Source: an uncultured Methanosarcinales archaeon
Lineage (GTDB): Archaea; Nanobdellota; Nanobdellia; Woesearchaeales; UBA12501
Length of the DNA stretch: 64,000 bases
Assembly (NCBI GenBank): GCA_964459835.1
Contig: CAYWPA010000002.1
Location: 48,711 to 112,710, forward strand
Direction of reading: 5' to 3'
Position 1 is the first letter of the stretch, and each line of letters starts with the position of its first letter. This document shows, piece by piece, positions 1 to 9,015 of this stretch. Position numbers and translations under genes: made by a program. The notes beneath the pieces are model-generated. The model was not told the DNA's origin, did not search any database, and worked only from the letters and a program-made list of their open reading frames with translations.

Positions 1-296
1 ATATAGGGGAATCTGGCAATATGGCCGCACTCCCTGCACCTTATTATGACTCTCTGCTTGCCTGTCCTTACAGTTGCGTTTATGCCCGGCTTAAGGTATT
101 TGTAACACGATTTACAGACGCTTCTTTTGAGGCTTTTGGGAATAGGAGCCTGATACTTCATGCTGATCTTTCTTGCCAGGGTCACATATCTGTTTGCAAG
201 AGCCTTATCTTCATTAAACATAGAATCAGCCTGCTTAAACAGCTCTTTTATCCTCTCTTCTGCTATTTCAGCCTGTTTATGCTTTGTTTTTTTCAT
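1..296 (-). CDS. rnp4: RNase P protein component 4 (Rpp21/Rnp4), partial; runs off window start
   Basis: Minus-strand translation from ATG at 296: MKKTKHKQAEIAEERIKELFKQADSMFNEDKALANRYVTLARKISMKYQ...CKSCYKYL...RCRECGH, a zinc-ribbon Rpp21-like protein. No stop reached in window. The antisense ORF 21..317 is spurious. Confidence 0.6.
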   Translation of the reverse strand, partial: MKKTKHKQAEIAEERIKELFKQADSMFNEDKALANRYVTLARKISMKYQAPIPKSLKRSVCKSCYKYLKPGINATVRTGKQRVIIRCRECGHIARFPY

Positions 297-453
297 TTTG
301 TTTACTACTCTTTATAATCCTTATGATGTTTTTTAATAAAAATTTATCCCTTTTATCCATAGCCCAAGATGCCAAAATCTATATAAATAAGTGTGGAATT
401 AACAGATAAATGAAATTGGCGAAACCAAGCAAAAGCGATAAAATGGTGATAAT

Positions 454-843
454 ATGAAAGCATATAGGTATGAAGTAAAAGTACGTCCTGATGAAAATGC
501 TGAACCTGAAGATGTGGTACCGCAAGAAAGATTGTATATCCCCGGAGAAGGTGTTTTTGGATATACAACATATTCAAGGAGCATTGGGAAAATTAATTTT
601 TTTCAGAACTACCCAAAAATCATAGAAGAAGCAGAACAAGTTATAAAAGGAAACAATGAAGTAGGAAGATATTTGGGTGAGATTGAATTGCCAGACAATA
701 TTGTATTGCATGCGATTCAAAATGGAAAATTTTTTCTAGAAGAACAAAAGATTTGCGAAAAAAGGGTTGAAGAAGCAAGAAAATCGTTTGAGGGCCCTGC
801 AGAAAGGCTGCTTAAATCAATCGATGATGCTGTAATACAATGA
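454..843 (+). CDS. hypothetical protein (129 aa)
   Basis: Complete ORF whose stop overlaps the start of the next gene by ATGA. No recognisable motif. Confidence 0.4.
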   Translation: MKAYRYEVKVRPDENAEPEDVVPQERLYIPGEGVFGYTTYSRSIGKINFFQNYPKIIEEAEQVIKGNNEVGRYLGEIELPDNIVLHAIQNGKFFLEEQKICEKRVEEARKSFEGPAERLLKSIDDAVIQ

Positions 844-2090
844 GCTGGCTTAAATCAATTTTCGGAAAAGAAGAGGATGAAGCATTGGATGTTTCTGTTT
901 CTTTAGATGATCTTCCGGACTGGTTTGCTGACAAAATCGCTCCTGAAACAAAGAAGATAAGGGAGGAAATAATAAAAAACTTTGAGCAGGTAAATGCTGA
1001 AAAGGAAGAGCTGAGAAAAAAGCTTAAGGATTTTGGAGCAGCAGAGCTTAGAAATCCAAATATCCCTGAAAGGGCAAAGCAGGTGATGCAGGGCGCAAGG
1101 GAAAATTACATAAACTTCATAACAATATTCCTGAACAACCTTGAATTCCCTCAAAAGATAAGCTATGAAACACTGTCAGAATTCCTGGCAAATTTTGAAG
1201 AGCAGCTGAGCAGCCTGAACAAAAGCACTGCAAAGAGCTTTATGGTTCTGCAGGAATTCTTTGCAAAAGAATCCTTTTATATTGCTGCAGGCATAATAAA
1301 CATTGACAAGACAATAAGGGAACTGACAAACAACAATTACAAAACCATAATTTCTGCAAGAGAATGCATTGAAAATATTGAAAAGATAATGGAGGCAAAA
1401 GACGCTGCGAGCCAGATGCTGAAAGACAACGAAACAGAGCTTGAGCAGATAAGCAAAAGCACTGCAAAAGAGGAAAAGCACCTTGAGGAGCTTAAGGAAA
1501 GGGAAGAGTTTAAGCTTTACGAGACTGTTGAAAGGGAAAAGTCAGCAATTGAAAAAAGGCTTAAGGAAAAAGAGCTTTTCCTGATAAGCTCATTCTCCCC
1601 AGTTGAAAGGGCTTTGAGAAAGTTTGAGAAAATGGCCATTGGTAAAGAGAAGCTTGTAAAAATCTATGCAGAGGATGCTCTTGCAGCCTTAAAGGATGAC
1701 AAGAGTTTGGAAATACTTGAGATACTGCAGGATATCGTAAAATATATAGGGCTTGGGCAGCTTGAGCTAAAAGACAGGAAAAAGGAAAAGACAGTAGAAA
1801 CAGCAAAGGCATTAAACAGGGAGTTTCTTGAGGCTTTTCTTAAGGATTACATTGATGCAGAAAAAGCCCTTGTAAATGTAAAGAGAAAATTGCATTCCAA
1901 TACAATACTCCAGCAGATTGACGAGATAAACTACAGGGTAAGCCACATGAATGAGAAAAAGGCAAAAGTGGAAGAGAATATTAAAAAGCTGCAAAGCTAC
2001 AATAAGGACAAGGAGCTTAATGAAAACATAACTGTTATTAAGAAAGCCGTAAAAGAAATTATGAACATTAACCTTAGTGTTTCTACATGA
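840..2090 (+). CDS. coiled-coil protein (416 aa), K/E-rich
   Basis: Long ORF with heptad-like K/E/L composition; translationally coupled to the upstream ORF. Confidence 0.5.
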   Translation: MSWLKSIFGKEEDEALDVSVSLDDLPDWFADKIAPETKKIREEIIKNFEQVNAEKEELRKKLKDFGAAELRNPNIPERAKQVMQGARENYINFITIFLNNLEFPQKISYETLSEFLANFEEQLSSLNKSTAKSFMVLQEFFAKESFYIAAGIINIDKTIRELTNNNYKTIISARECIENIEKIMEAKDAASQMLKDNETELEQISKSTAKEEKHLEELKEREEFKLYETVEREKSAIEKRLKEKELFLISSFSPVERALRKFEKMAIGKEKLVKIYAEDALAALKDDKSLEILEILQDIVKYIGLGQLELKDRKKEKTVETAKALNREFLEAFLKDYIDAEKALVNVKRKLHSNTILQQIDEINYRVSHMNEKKAKVEENIKKLQSYNKDKELNENITVIKKAVKEIMNINLSVST

Positions 2091-2115
2091 ATATTTATAT
2101 CTGCATAAATAATAG

Positions 2116-2385
2116 TTATATAAAGCTGAACAGCGCTTTCTGCAGCAGGAATATAAACACTAACACTGTTATTACCGTGCTTCCGATGCCGAAGGCAACC
2201 AGCAGCAAATAGACTCCTGCAATAACATCAAGCCAGCTGACAAAATTTCCTGCCAGAGCAAACAAGCCGCCTTTGGATATAAGATATCCTGAGCCGTAAA
2301 GCATTGCGCCCATAGGCATAATAGGTGAAAAAAGAAGCACTAAAATAGCCATTGCATCAAATAATCCCATCACCTTCAGTAACAA
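2116..2385 (-). CDS. small hydrophobic membrane protein
   Basis: 89-aa ORF with 2-3 predicted TM helices; TAA stop. Confidence 0.35.
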   Translation of the reverse strand: MLLKVMGLFDAMAILVLLFSPIMPMGAMLYGSGYLISKGGLFALAGNFVSWLDVIAGVYLLLVAFGIGSTVITVLVFIFLLQKALFSFI

Positions 2386-2410
2386 TCTAACACCCCATCA
2401 AATTTATTAA

Positions 2411-2755
2411 TCAAAAGCTTAATGCAAATGTTGCAGAGAGCAAAATCAAAGCCGACAAAGCAATAGCAGCAAATCCTTTTGCCTTTATGTTTCTGTTCAT
2501 TAATCTTAAAGCGTAATAAATCCCAAATACAACAACATAAGCTGCAGCTAAAGGCAGCAAAATATTCGTAAGCACTATATTTGGCTCAGGGTTAAAGGCT
2601 TCCTTTGCTATCAGCAGGACAAACAGCAAAAAAACTACCTTAAGCACAAAGCTGTTTCTTGTTCCTTCCAGAAACTCGCTTTTCTTAAGAATGAAGAATT
2701 CCATAAATTCCTCATGAATTTCCTTTGACTGCAGCCTGTCCATTCCCATTTTCAA
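2411..2755 (-). CDS. membrane protein (114 aa)
   Basis: Hydrophobic ORF in series with the downstream membrane ORFs. Confidence 0.4.
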   Translation of the reverse strand: MKMGMDRLQSKEIHEEFMEFFILKKSEFLEGTRNSFVLKVVFLLFVLLIAKEAFNPEPNIVLTNILLPLAAAYVVVFGIYYALRLMNRNIKAKGFAAIALSALILLSATFALSF

Positions 2756-2851
2756 CCCTTATTCAATTGGATATAATATCCAACTATCTTTGGGATATAT
2801 AAATATTGCGGTCTAGTTAATTTTATAAATAAAAGAAAGAGATAAGCAGGT

Positions 2852-3322
2852 ATGGAGCTATTACAGTACATACTTGTGGCTTTGGCTGTATATGCAGCAG
2901 TGTATTTGGGCATGCTGCTTGCCTTTAACTCCCCCGAGGAGCTTAAGCCAGGGAGGAGGTATTTTGACGCTGCTGAGAAGCTAGTGTACATTGCAGTTAT
3001 TGTCTTGTTCATGTATGCCTTTGACACAGAAAACATTATTCTTTCCATTGGCCTGCTTGCAATTGCATTGTTTTTCATAAAGTATCTTAATACAAATTAT
3101 GCATATATCTTGCTTGCAGTAATATTTTACCTTTCTTCAACAGTTGCATGGCTGTTTACAATTCAGGCATGCCTGATATTTTTATTCTCGCTTATTCATG
3201 GAACGATTTTTGTTGATGAGCATAAAGGGATGCTAAAGCGCTTTATGGTTAAGAAGATAATTCTGCAAAGGACAATTTTTCCAATAATAGCAATATTACT
3301 GTTTCTTCTTAAGCTAGTATAG
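2852..3322 (+). CDS. multi-pass membrane protein (156 aa)
   Basis: Four predicted TM segments. Preferred over the conflicting antisense ORF 2752..3078. Confidence 0.4.
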   Translation: MELLQYILVALAVYAAVYLGMLLAFNSPEELKPGRRYFDAAEKLVYIAVIVLFMYAFDTENIILSIGLLAIALFFIKYLNTNYAYILLAVIFYLSSTVAWLFTIQACLIFLFSLIHGTIFVDEHKGMLKRFMVKKIILQRTIFPIIAILLFLLKLV

Positions 3323-3904
3323 CCTTATCAAGAATATCATTATTGCTGCGGCAACAGGAATAAGAATATTATCATCCATGAACCAAATGTCATGGCCAAT
3401 ATCTTTTTCAACCGACTCCACAGACATTGCAAGCAAAGCAGCTGCAAAAGCTTCTGTTGGGTTTACAAAAAACATAGCAGCCACAGCAGAGACAATTGTC
3501 GCGAATGCAATGCCTAAAAGGCGGCTGTTTTTTGAGGCATGATACCTTGTCATGTTGGCCACAGGATCGCCAACTGACAGTATTGCCACTGAGGCAAGTG
3601 CAATATCCTTGCTAAACAAGGAATACGCTATAAAACAGCCTGAAATGAAGTATAAAAAGCCCTTTCCTGGCATGCTTTTCTTTGCTTTCTCCCTTTCAAA
3701 ATTATCAATAATCCAGCTGATGAAAGGCATGTTAAAGTCTCTTGACAAAAAGCAAAGGGCAGCTCCTGCAGCAATTACGGCTATGAACCTTGAAACATTA
3801 AGAAAATCATTGTAAATAAGATAAATGATCAGCAGCCCTCCAAACAAATGGAACGCTTTTCTTTTTAATTCAACACCTAATTTTACTACTTTTAATTTTA
3901 CCAC
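3314..3904 (-). CDS. polyprenol/dolichol kinase-like (CTP-dependent) membrane protein
   Basis: Multi-TM ORF with a GDPVAN..G motif resembling the dolichol/phytol kinase family. Lies in the lipid cluster. Confidence 0.4.
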   Translation of the reverse strand: MVKLKVVKLGVELKRKAFHLFGGLLIIYLIYNDFLNVSRFIAVIAAGAALCFLSRDFNMPFISWIIDNFEREKAKKSMPGKGFLYFISGCFIAYSLFSKDIALASVAILSVGDPVANMTRYHASKNSRLLGIAFATIVSAVAAMFFVNPTEAFAAALLAMSVESVEKDIGHDIWFMDDNILIPVAAAIMIFLIRLY

Positions 3905-3923
3905 TTTTTATCACTTCTACTTT

Positions 3924-4484
3924 TTACCATTTCTTTTTATTTATTCCAAGGTAAAATCCAAGATGATTCATTATTATGTGTGATGCAAAGCTTGTTATGA
4001 ATATTGCAGCCACTATCATAACAGAAGGCTTGTGTATAAATGAGGAAAAAAACAAAGCTCCGACAACATAATCTATCTGGTCAAACGGAATCCATCTTTC
4101 TCCTGGCTTTATGCCAATTCTTCTTTTGAAAAAGCTTTTTACCAAGTCTCCGAAAATTGCTCCAGCACCCATCAAAAGCCCGAACATTATCGGTGTTGCC
4201 GAATAATCAATTATGCTTATGCTCTTGAAAAAATCAACAGTGTCAATATTATACAGAAGAGCCTGGATGTAGAAAAAAACAACGCCAAAAATAACAGCTG
4301 CAAACAGGCCCCTGAAGGTTTTATGCGAGCCAAACAGCGACTTTCCCATAAAAACAGCATTAAAGTCGATCGGCTTTGCGAGCTTTTTGAAAGTTCCCCT
4401 GGCAAAAACAGGCGCCATGTTGGCAAAATGCGCCGGCATCATATAATACAATGCCTGTACCAATAGCAATATTGTTTCGTTCAT
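3924..4484 (-). CDS. carS: CDP-archaeol synthase
   Basis: GKTWRG-like 'KTFRGL' motif, GDLVKSFFKRRIGIKPGE and DQIDYVVGALFF match the CarS (DUF46) signature. Confidence 0.7.
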   Translation of the reverse strand: MNETILLLVQALYYMMPAHFANMAPVFARGTFKKLAKPIDFNAVFMGKSLFGSHKTFRGLFAAVIFGVVFFYIQALLYNIDTVDFFKSISIIDYSATPIMFGLLMGAGAIFGDLVKSFFKRRIGIKPGERWIPFDQIDYVVGALFFSSFIHKPSVMIVAAIFITSFASHIIMNHLGFYLGINKKKW

Positions 4485-4497
4485 TTTTCTGCCTTTA

Positions 4498-4941
4498 TTA
4501 CCTTATTCCGTGCACAGCGAGGGTAATGATAATGCCAATGGCAAAGCCTGCCAGCACCTCTAAAAGAGTATGCCCTGTCAAATGCTTCCATTCTGCCACT
4601 ATGGGCTCCCTGTGAACAAGCTTCTTAAACATTGAATTGATTATGCTTTCCTGCTTTCCTGCAAAAATCTTATCTCCTATAACATCCCTTATTATGATAA
4701 GGGAAAATCCTGTTGCAGCAAGAAACAGCAGGCTCATCCCCTCAATCAGATAAATGCTTAGTGCAATTGAAACAACAAAAGCAGTATGCGTTGATGGCAT
4801 TCCTGCTTCTATAAACAAATACCTCCAATGGTACTTGCCGTTCCTTTTTGATTCAATAATGGATTTTATTATTTGTGGTATTATGGCTACAAAAAAAGCG
4901 CTTTGCACAAGTTTGCTGGCAATAAATTCCTGAAGCATCAT
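4498..4941 (-). CDS. divergent PAP2/DUF212 family membrane protein
   Basis: GMPSTHTAFV motif (GMPSSHSA consensus) with TM helices. Confidence 0.55.
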   Translation of the reverse strand: MMLQEFIASKLVQSAFFVAIIPQIIKSIIESKRNGKYHWRYLFIEAGMPSTHTAFVVSIALSIYLIEGMSLLFLAATGFSLIIIRDVIGDKIFAGKQESIINSMFKKLVHREPIVAEWKHLTGHTLLEVLAGFAIGIIITLAVHGIR

Positions 4942-4947
4942 ATCACC

Positions 4948-5445
4948 TTAAATCAATTTTTTTATTTTAATATTGCTTATCATCAGCAGCGAAGATATTA
5001 AATAAATTATCGGGTAGATCGTTACAGGAGTGCGCAAAAAATAAACAAGAGGGATTATTATCCCGTTAAAAGTAATTGGCATTCCTATGTATTCTTTTAT
5101 GTTTAGTGTATTGAACCTTGCCAGCCTTAATACTCCGCATGCAATAAAAAATATCCATACAGGTATGAACATGATTGTTTCGGAGCTTATAATAAAGGCA
5201 AAAACTGCCGGGGAAATGCCAAATGAAACCAAGTCAGCCAGAGAGTCAAGCTGCTTTCCGAACAAATGAGTTGTGCCTTTTCTTGCAACCTTTCCGTCAA
5301 GGTAGTCAAACAGTACAGACAAAAGCATAAATCCTGCTGCAAGGTTAAGCAGATGAAGGACTGAAAAAAATATTGAAAAGCTTCCTGAAATAACATTAAG
5401 CAGTGTTACATAATCCTGTTTTTTTAGCAGTTTTTTGAAGTTCAT
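4948..5445 (-). CDS. pssA: CDP-alcohol phosphatidyltransferase, archaetidylserine synthase-like
   Basis: DYLDGKVARKG...G..LDSLADLVSFG equals the D-x2-DG-x2-AR...G-x3-D-x3-D motif. Its start overlaps psd (ATGA). Confidence 0.65.
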   Translation of the reverse strand: MNFKKLLKKQDYVTLLNVISGSFSIFFSVLHLLNLAAGFMLLSVLFDYLDGKVARKGTTHLFGKQLDSLADLVSFGISPAVFAFIISSETIMFIPVWIFFIACGVLRLARFNTLNIKEYIGMPITFNGIIIPLVYFLRTPVTIYPIIYLISSLLMISNIKIKKLI

Positions 5446-6077
5446 TCCGCAATCACAGTTTCGCCATCCACCACGTAATCCCCTTCTTTTACTTTTATTC
5501 CGAAACTGTCAGGAAGTATTACGCTTACCTGGCTTCCCAGCTTTATTATGCCTATAGTCTGCCCCTTTTTAATGTTTTGGTTTTTTCTGGCAAAGCATTC
5601 TATCCTGTTTGCCACAAGACCTGCTATCTGAATTATCTTTATTCTGCCTTTTTTTGTTTCCAGGAGTATCTCATTGTTCTCATTTTCAAGAGCTGCTCTC
5701 ATATTTCTTGCGCCAAGAACAGCATTGTGCAGCTTTCCTTTATTGTATTTGATATTCAGCACTTTTCCATCCGCCGGAGATCTCTGGTAATGCACATTCA
5801 GCGGGTTCATTACTATGTTTATCAGGTAGCCTTTTTTTATAGTATCTTTTGTCTGTAAATTTATCTTTCCAAGCATGCCTTTCTTTATTTCAACATTGCT
5901 ATCACCAACCGTTAGGACCCTTGCAACCTTTCCGTTTGCAGGAGAGACAATGCCTTTTATTGGCGTGTTTCTTTTTGGATTTCTTAAGAAAACTATTCTG
6001 TAAAACACTGCAAACAAGATTATTATTGTTGCTATTGCAGACAGCGTTATCTGAATTATTTGTGCTATTTGAACCAT
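5442..6077 (-). CDS. psd: phosphatidylserine (archaetidylserine) decarboxylase proenzyme
   Basis: PSD-like fold with an LGSQVSV self-cleavage-type (G-S) motif near the C-terminus. Operonic with pssA. Confidence 0.65.
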   Translation of the reverse strand: MVQIAQIIQITLSAIATIIILFAVFYRIVFLRNPKRNTPIKGIVSPANGKVARVLTVGDSNVEIKKGMLGKINLQTKDTIKKGYLINIVMNPLNVHYQRSPADGKVLNIKYNKGKLHNAVLGARNMRAALENENNEILLETKKGRIKIIQIAGLVANRIECFARKNQNIKKGQTIGIIKLGSQVSVILPDSFGIKVKEGDYVVDGETVIAE

Positions 6078-6162
6078 GATATGCTAAAAAAGAAATCATT
6101 TTATAAAGTTAACTAATGGTTAAGCGGCAAAATATATAAATCTTTGATATTTTAGCTTTTGC

Positions 6163-6756
6163 ATGACTGAATTTTATATAGTAAGGCACGGGAAAACAGA
6201 GTTCAATAAAGAAAAAAAGCTGCAGGGGCATCTTGATTCTCCGTTGCTGGAAAGAAGTGTTGAAGATATTAAAAAAATTGCTGAAAAACTGTCTGATGTT
6301 GGTTTTGATGTTATAATCAGCAGCGACTTGGGAAGGGCTGTGGAAACTGCCAAGATAGTAAAAAAAGAATTGGCAAAAAAGGAAATAAACAAAAACATAA
6401 AGCTAAAGGCTGCAAAAGAGCTTAGGGAAATTGATTTTGGGGATTTAGACGGCAAAAAGATACCTCATGTTCTAAAAGAGTATTTAAAATTAAAAACAAA
6501 TATACACCATAAAGCTCCGAACGGGGAAAGCTACAAGCAGCTTTATGACAGGGTTATTAAGCATATTAAAAGGCTTGAGGGAAAATATGAAAAAGTGCTT
6601 ATTGTCACGCATTCAGGCTGTATAAGGGCTTTATACTCTTTTTTCAGCAATAAAAGCTATAAAGCAAAAGTTATGATGCCTATGAGCAACAACATAATAA
6701 TGTACGCAAAGCTTGGGAAAGGCAGGCCAAAAGGCTTTGAATTGATACAGAAATAG
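6163..6756 (+). CDS. histidine phosphatase family protein (phosphoglycerate mutase-like)
   Basis: N-terminal RHGKTEFN (RHG catalytic motif) and a downstream THSG motif. Confidence 0.65.
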   Translation: MTEFYIVRHGKTEFNKEKKLQGHLDSPLLERSVEDIKKIAEKLSDVGFDVIISSDLGRAVETAKIVKKELAKKEINKNIKLKAAKELREIDFGDLDGKKIPHVLKEYLKLKTNIHHKAPNGESYKQLYDRVIKHIKRLEGKYEKVLIVTHSGCIRALYSFFSNKSYKAKVMMPMSNNIIMYAKLGKGRPKGFELIQK

Positions 6757-6770
6757 TTAAACAAAAATAT

Positions 6771-6974
6771 TTACTTCATCCTGACAAGCATTTCAATAAC
6801 AGAATCTCCAAACTCCTGCTTGATTGACTTTATCTTTGGCTCTGCAAGCACATGCTGTTTGTGCTGCGAGCATTCTTTCTTGTCTTCCCAATAGAAAAAG
6901 CACTTTTCCTTAAAATTCTCCCAGTTTGAACAATCCTTGCAAAGCTCGTTTCCTGCCATAATACCATTGAGCAA
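6771..6974 (-). CDS. small Cys-rich hypothetical protein (67 aa)
   Basis: ORF with CxxC/CxxxC residues and no known family. Confidence 0.3.
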   Translation of the reverse strand: MLNGIMAGNELCKDCSNWENFKEKCFFYWEDKKECSQHKQHVLAEPKIKSIKQEFGDSVIEMLVRMK

Positions 6975-7008
6975 GAAATCTATTTAAATCTTTCTGCTTT
7001 ACGATACT

Positions 7009-7146
7009 GTCAAGTTAAGTGCCAATGCTGCCAAGCAACGGTTTCGTCCATTGACACCGAGATTAGTGCAGGATTTCACTGCGTTCAATCCTGCTCCATA
7101 AGCGAACAGAGCGCGGCATTGGCATGAGACACGCTACTTGACTTAA
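7009..7146 (-). repeat. hairpin repeat element copy A (inverted orientation, 12-bp internal insertion)
   Basis: Termini GTCAAGTTAAGTGCCAATGCTGCC ... GCGCGGCATTGGCA..CTTGAC match copies B-D in reverse complement. Confidence 0.7.
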
Positions 7147-7196
7147 CCCTACCTTACGAAAACTATATAAATAAATTAGAAGCTTTTCTCCTTAAT

Positions 7197-7269
7197 GCCT
7201 CCGTAGCTTAGCAGGTAGAGCATTCGGCTGTTAACCGAAAGGTCGCCAGTTCGAGTCTGGCCGGAGGCG
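7197..7269 (+). tRNA. tRNA-Asn (GTT)
   Basis: Cloverleaf: acceptor GCCTCCG/CGGAGGC, D arm GCTT..GAGC, anticodon loop CTGTTAA, T loop TTCGAGT. Confidence 0.85.
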
Positions 7270-7282
7270 TTTTAGCTATAAC

Positions 7283-7434
7283 GGGCCCGTAGCTTAGCCT
7301 GGTGGAGCACACGACTGATAAACATTAAGCCGGGATTCTCTACGGAGGATGACGGCATTGAGAACCAAAATTCTCAATCCAAGGCTTGAAGTTCATAGAT
7401 CGTGAGGTCGGGAGTTCAAATCTCCTCGGGCCCA
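7283..7434 (+). tRNA. tRNA-Ile (GAT) with ~78-nt intron at position 37/38
   Basis: Acceptor GGGCCCG/CGGGCCC+A. Anticodon stem CACGA/TCGTG is separated by 7321..7398. Anticodon loop CTGATAA, T loop TTCAAAT. Confidence 0.75.
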
Positions 7435-7458
7435 TTCCTATTTCCACTATTCTTAAAA

Positions 7459-9015
7459 ATGGCAAAAAAACAAATAGAGCAAAAGTTTAGCAATGATGTT
7501 GTTAATCTTGCTTTTGATACAATAAGCCTTGGGAAGCAGGCCTTGGTTTTTCTAAATACAAAGCGCTCTGCAGAAAAAGCTGCTGAAGACATAAGCTTAA
7601 AGATAAAAGAAGGCAGCGCTGAAACAGAGGAGCTTTCAAATAAAATTCTAAAAGCATTATCAAGGCCGACATCGCAATGCGAAAGACTTGCAAGGTGTGT
7701 GAAGAAAGGCATAGCATTCCATCATGCTGGATTGGTGCAGAAGCAGAAAGAGATGATTGAAGATGCATTCAAGCAAAATAAGATTAAGATTATCTGCTGC
7801 ACCCCTACCCTTGCAGCCGGCGTTGATTTGCCTGCATTCAGGTCAATAATAAGAGACCTTAAAAGATACGGGCACAGGGGATTAGACTGGATTCCTGTTC
7901 TGGAGTACGAGCAGATGTCTGGAAGGGCCGGAAGGCCGAAGTATGATACATTCGGAGAGGCAATATGCATAGCAGGCCAGGAAAACGAGAAGGAAAGGAT
8001 AGTTGAAAGGTATATTGAAGGAGAGCCTGAAGAGATTTACTCTAAGCTGGCAGTAGAGCCAGTATTGAGAATGTATATCTTATCTTTAGTTGCAAGTGAG
8101 TTTGTAACGACAAAAAAGCAGCTTCTTGATTTCTTTAAAAAGACCTTCTGGGCGTACCAGTATGAAGATATTGAAAAATTGGAAGGAATAATAGATAAGA
8201 TGATAAATCTGCTTTCTGGATACAAATTTATTGAAGCAGATGAGAAAGAGTTTGCTTCTGCAAATGAAATAGGAAAAGAAAGCCTAAAAGCCACGCTGCT
8301 CGGGCAGAGGATTGCGCAGCTTTACATTGACCCATTGACAGCACACAATATTTTAAATGCATTGAAAAGGTCTTCTTCAAAGCAGGTAAATGAATTTTCT
8401 TTTTTGCAGATGGTCTCATATACTTTGGAATTGCGTCCGTTGCTGAGAATAAAAGTAAGGGAATACGACACTATTGAAAACGAGTTTACAAAGTTTGAGA
8501 GCAATTTAATAACACTTGAGCCTTCTTTGTACGATCCTGAGCATGACGAGTTTTTTGATTCTGTGAAGACTGCCTTGTTTTTCCATGACTGGATAGATGA
8601 AAATGATGAAGAGTTTCTTCTGAAGAAATATGATGTAAGGCCAGGTGAGATAAGGGTGAAGCTTGAAAGGGCTGAATGGCTGCTGTATGCTGCCGAGGAG
8701 ATGGCAAAGCTGCAGAAGATGCACAGCATAGTAAAAGAAATAATGAAAACAAGATTCAGGCTAAGGTATGGTGTAAGGGAAGAGCTGCTTACTCTGCTAA
8801 GGCTGGAAGGCATTGGAAGGGTAAGGGCAAGAAAGCTTTACAATCACAAGATAAAAGATATTGGAGATGTAAAAAAGGCAGATGTTTCTGTTTTGGCGCA
8901 GCTTCTTGGAAAGAACGTCGCAATAAAGGTAAAAAAGCAGGTTGGAGAGGATATAGAAAAGCTGAAAGTCCCTGAAAGAAAAAGAAAAGGGCAGCTCAGC
9001 CTGGGTGGCTACTGA
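7459..9015 (+). CDS. hel308: Hel308/Ski2-like DNA helicase, C-terminal portion only (RecA2-WH-ratchet-HhH); RecA1/Walker half absent
   Basis: Begins ~25 aa before motif IV (LVFLNTKRS). Motif V TPTLAAGVDLPA, motif VI MSGRAGRP, and a C-terminal HhH (GIGRVRARKLY) follow. No Walker A/DExH upstream, where the tRNA genes abut. Start set at the first ATG after tRNA-Ile. Confidence 0.8.
   Translation: MAKKQIEQKFSNDVVNLAFDTISLGKQALVFLNTKRSAEKAAEDISLKIKEGSAETEELSNKILKALSRPTSQCERLARCVKKGIAFHHAGLVQKQKEMIEDAFKQNKIKIICCTPTLAAGVDLPAFRSIIRDLKRYGHRGLDWIPVLEYEQMSGRAGRPKYDTFGEAICIAGQENEKERIVERYIEGEPEEIYSKLAVEPVLRMYILSLVASEFVTTKKQLLDFFKKTFWAYQYEDIEKLEGIIDKMINLLSGYKFIEADEKEFASANEIGKESLKATLLGQRIAQLYIDPLTAHNILNALKRSSSKQVNEFSFLQMVSYTLELRPLLRIKVREYDTIENEFTKFESNLITLEPSLYDPEHDEFFDSVKTALFFHDWIDENDEEFLLKKYDVRPGEIRVKLERAEWLLYAAEEMAKLQKMHSIVKEIMKTRFRLRYGVREELLTLLRLEGIGRVRARKLYNHKIKDIGDVKKADVSVLAQLLGKNVAIKVKKQVGEDIEKLKVPERKRKGQLSLGGY

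Noticed and set aside
21-317. Plus-strand 98-aa ORF at the window start
   Set aside because: Antisense to a clearly recognisable RNase P Rpp21-like coding sequence on the minus strand; no motif of its own.
2752-3078. Minus-strand 108-aa ORF conflicting with 2852..3322 (+)
   Set aside because: The plus-strand ORF has convincing TM-helix periodicity; the minus ORF has no protein-like features.
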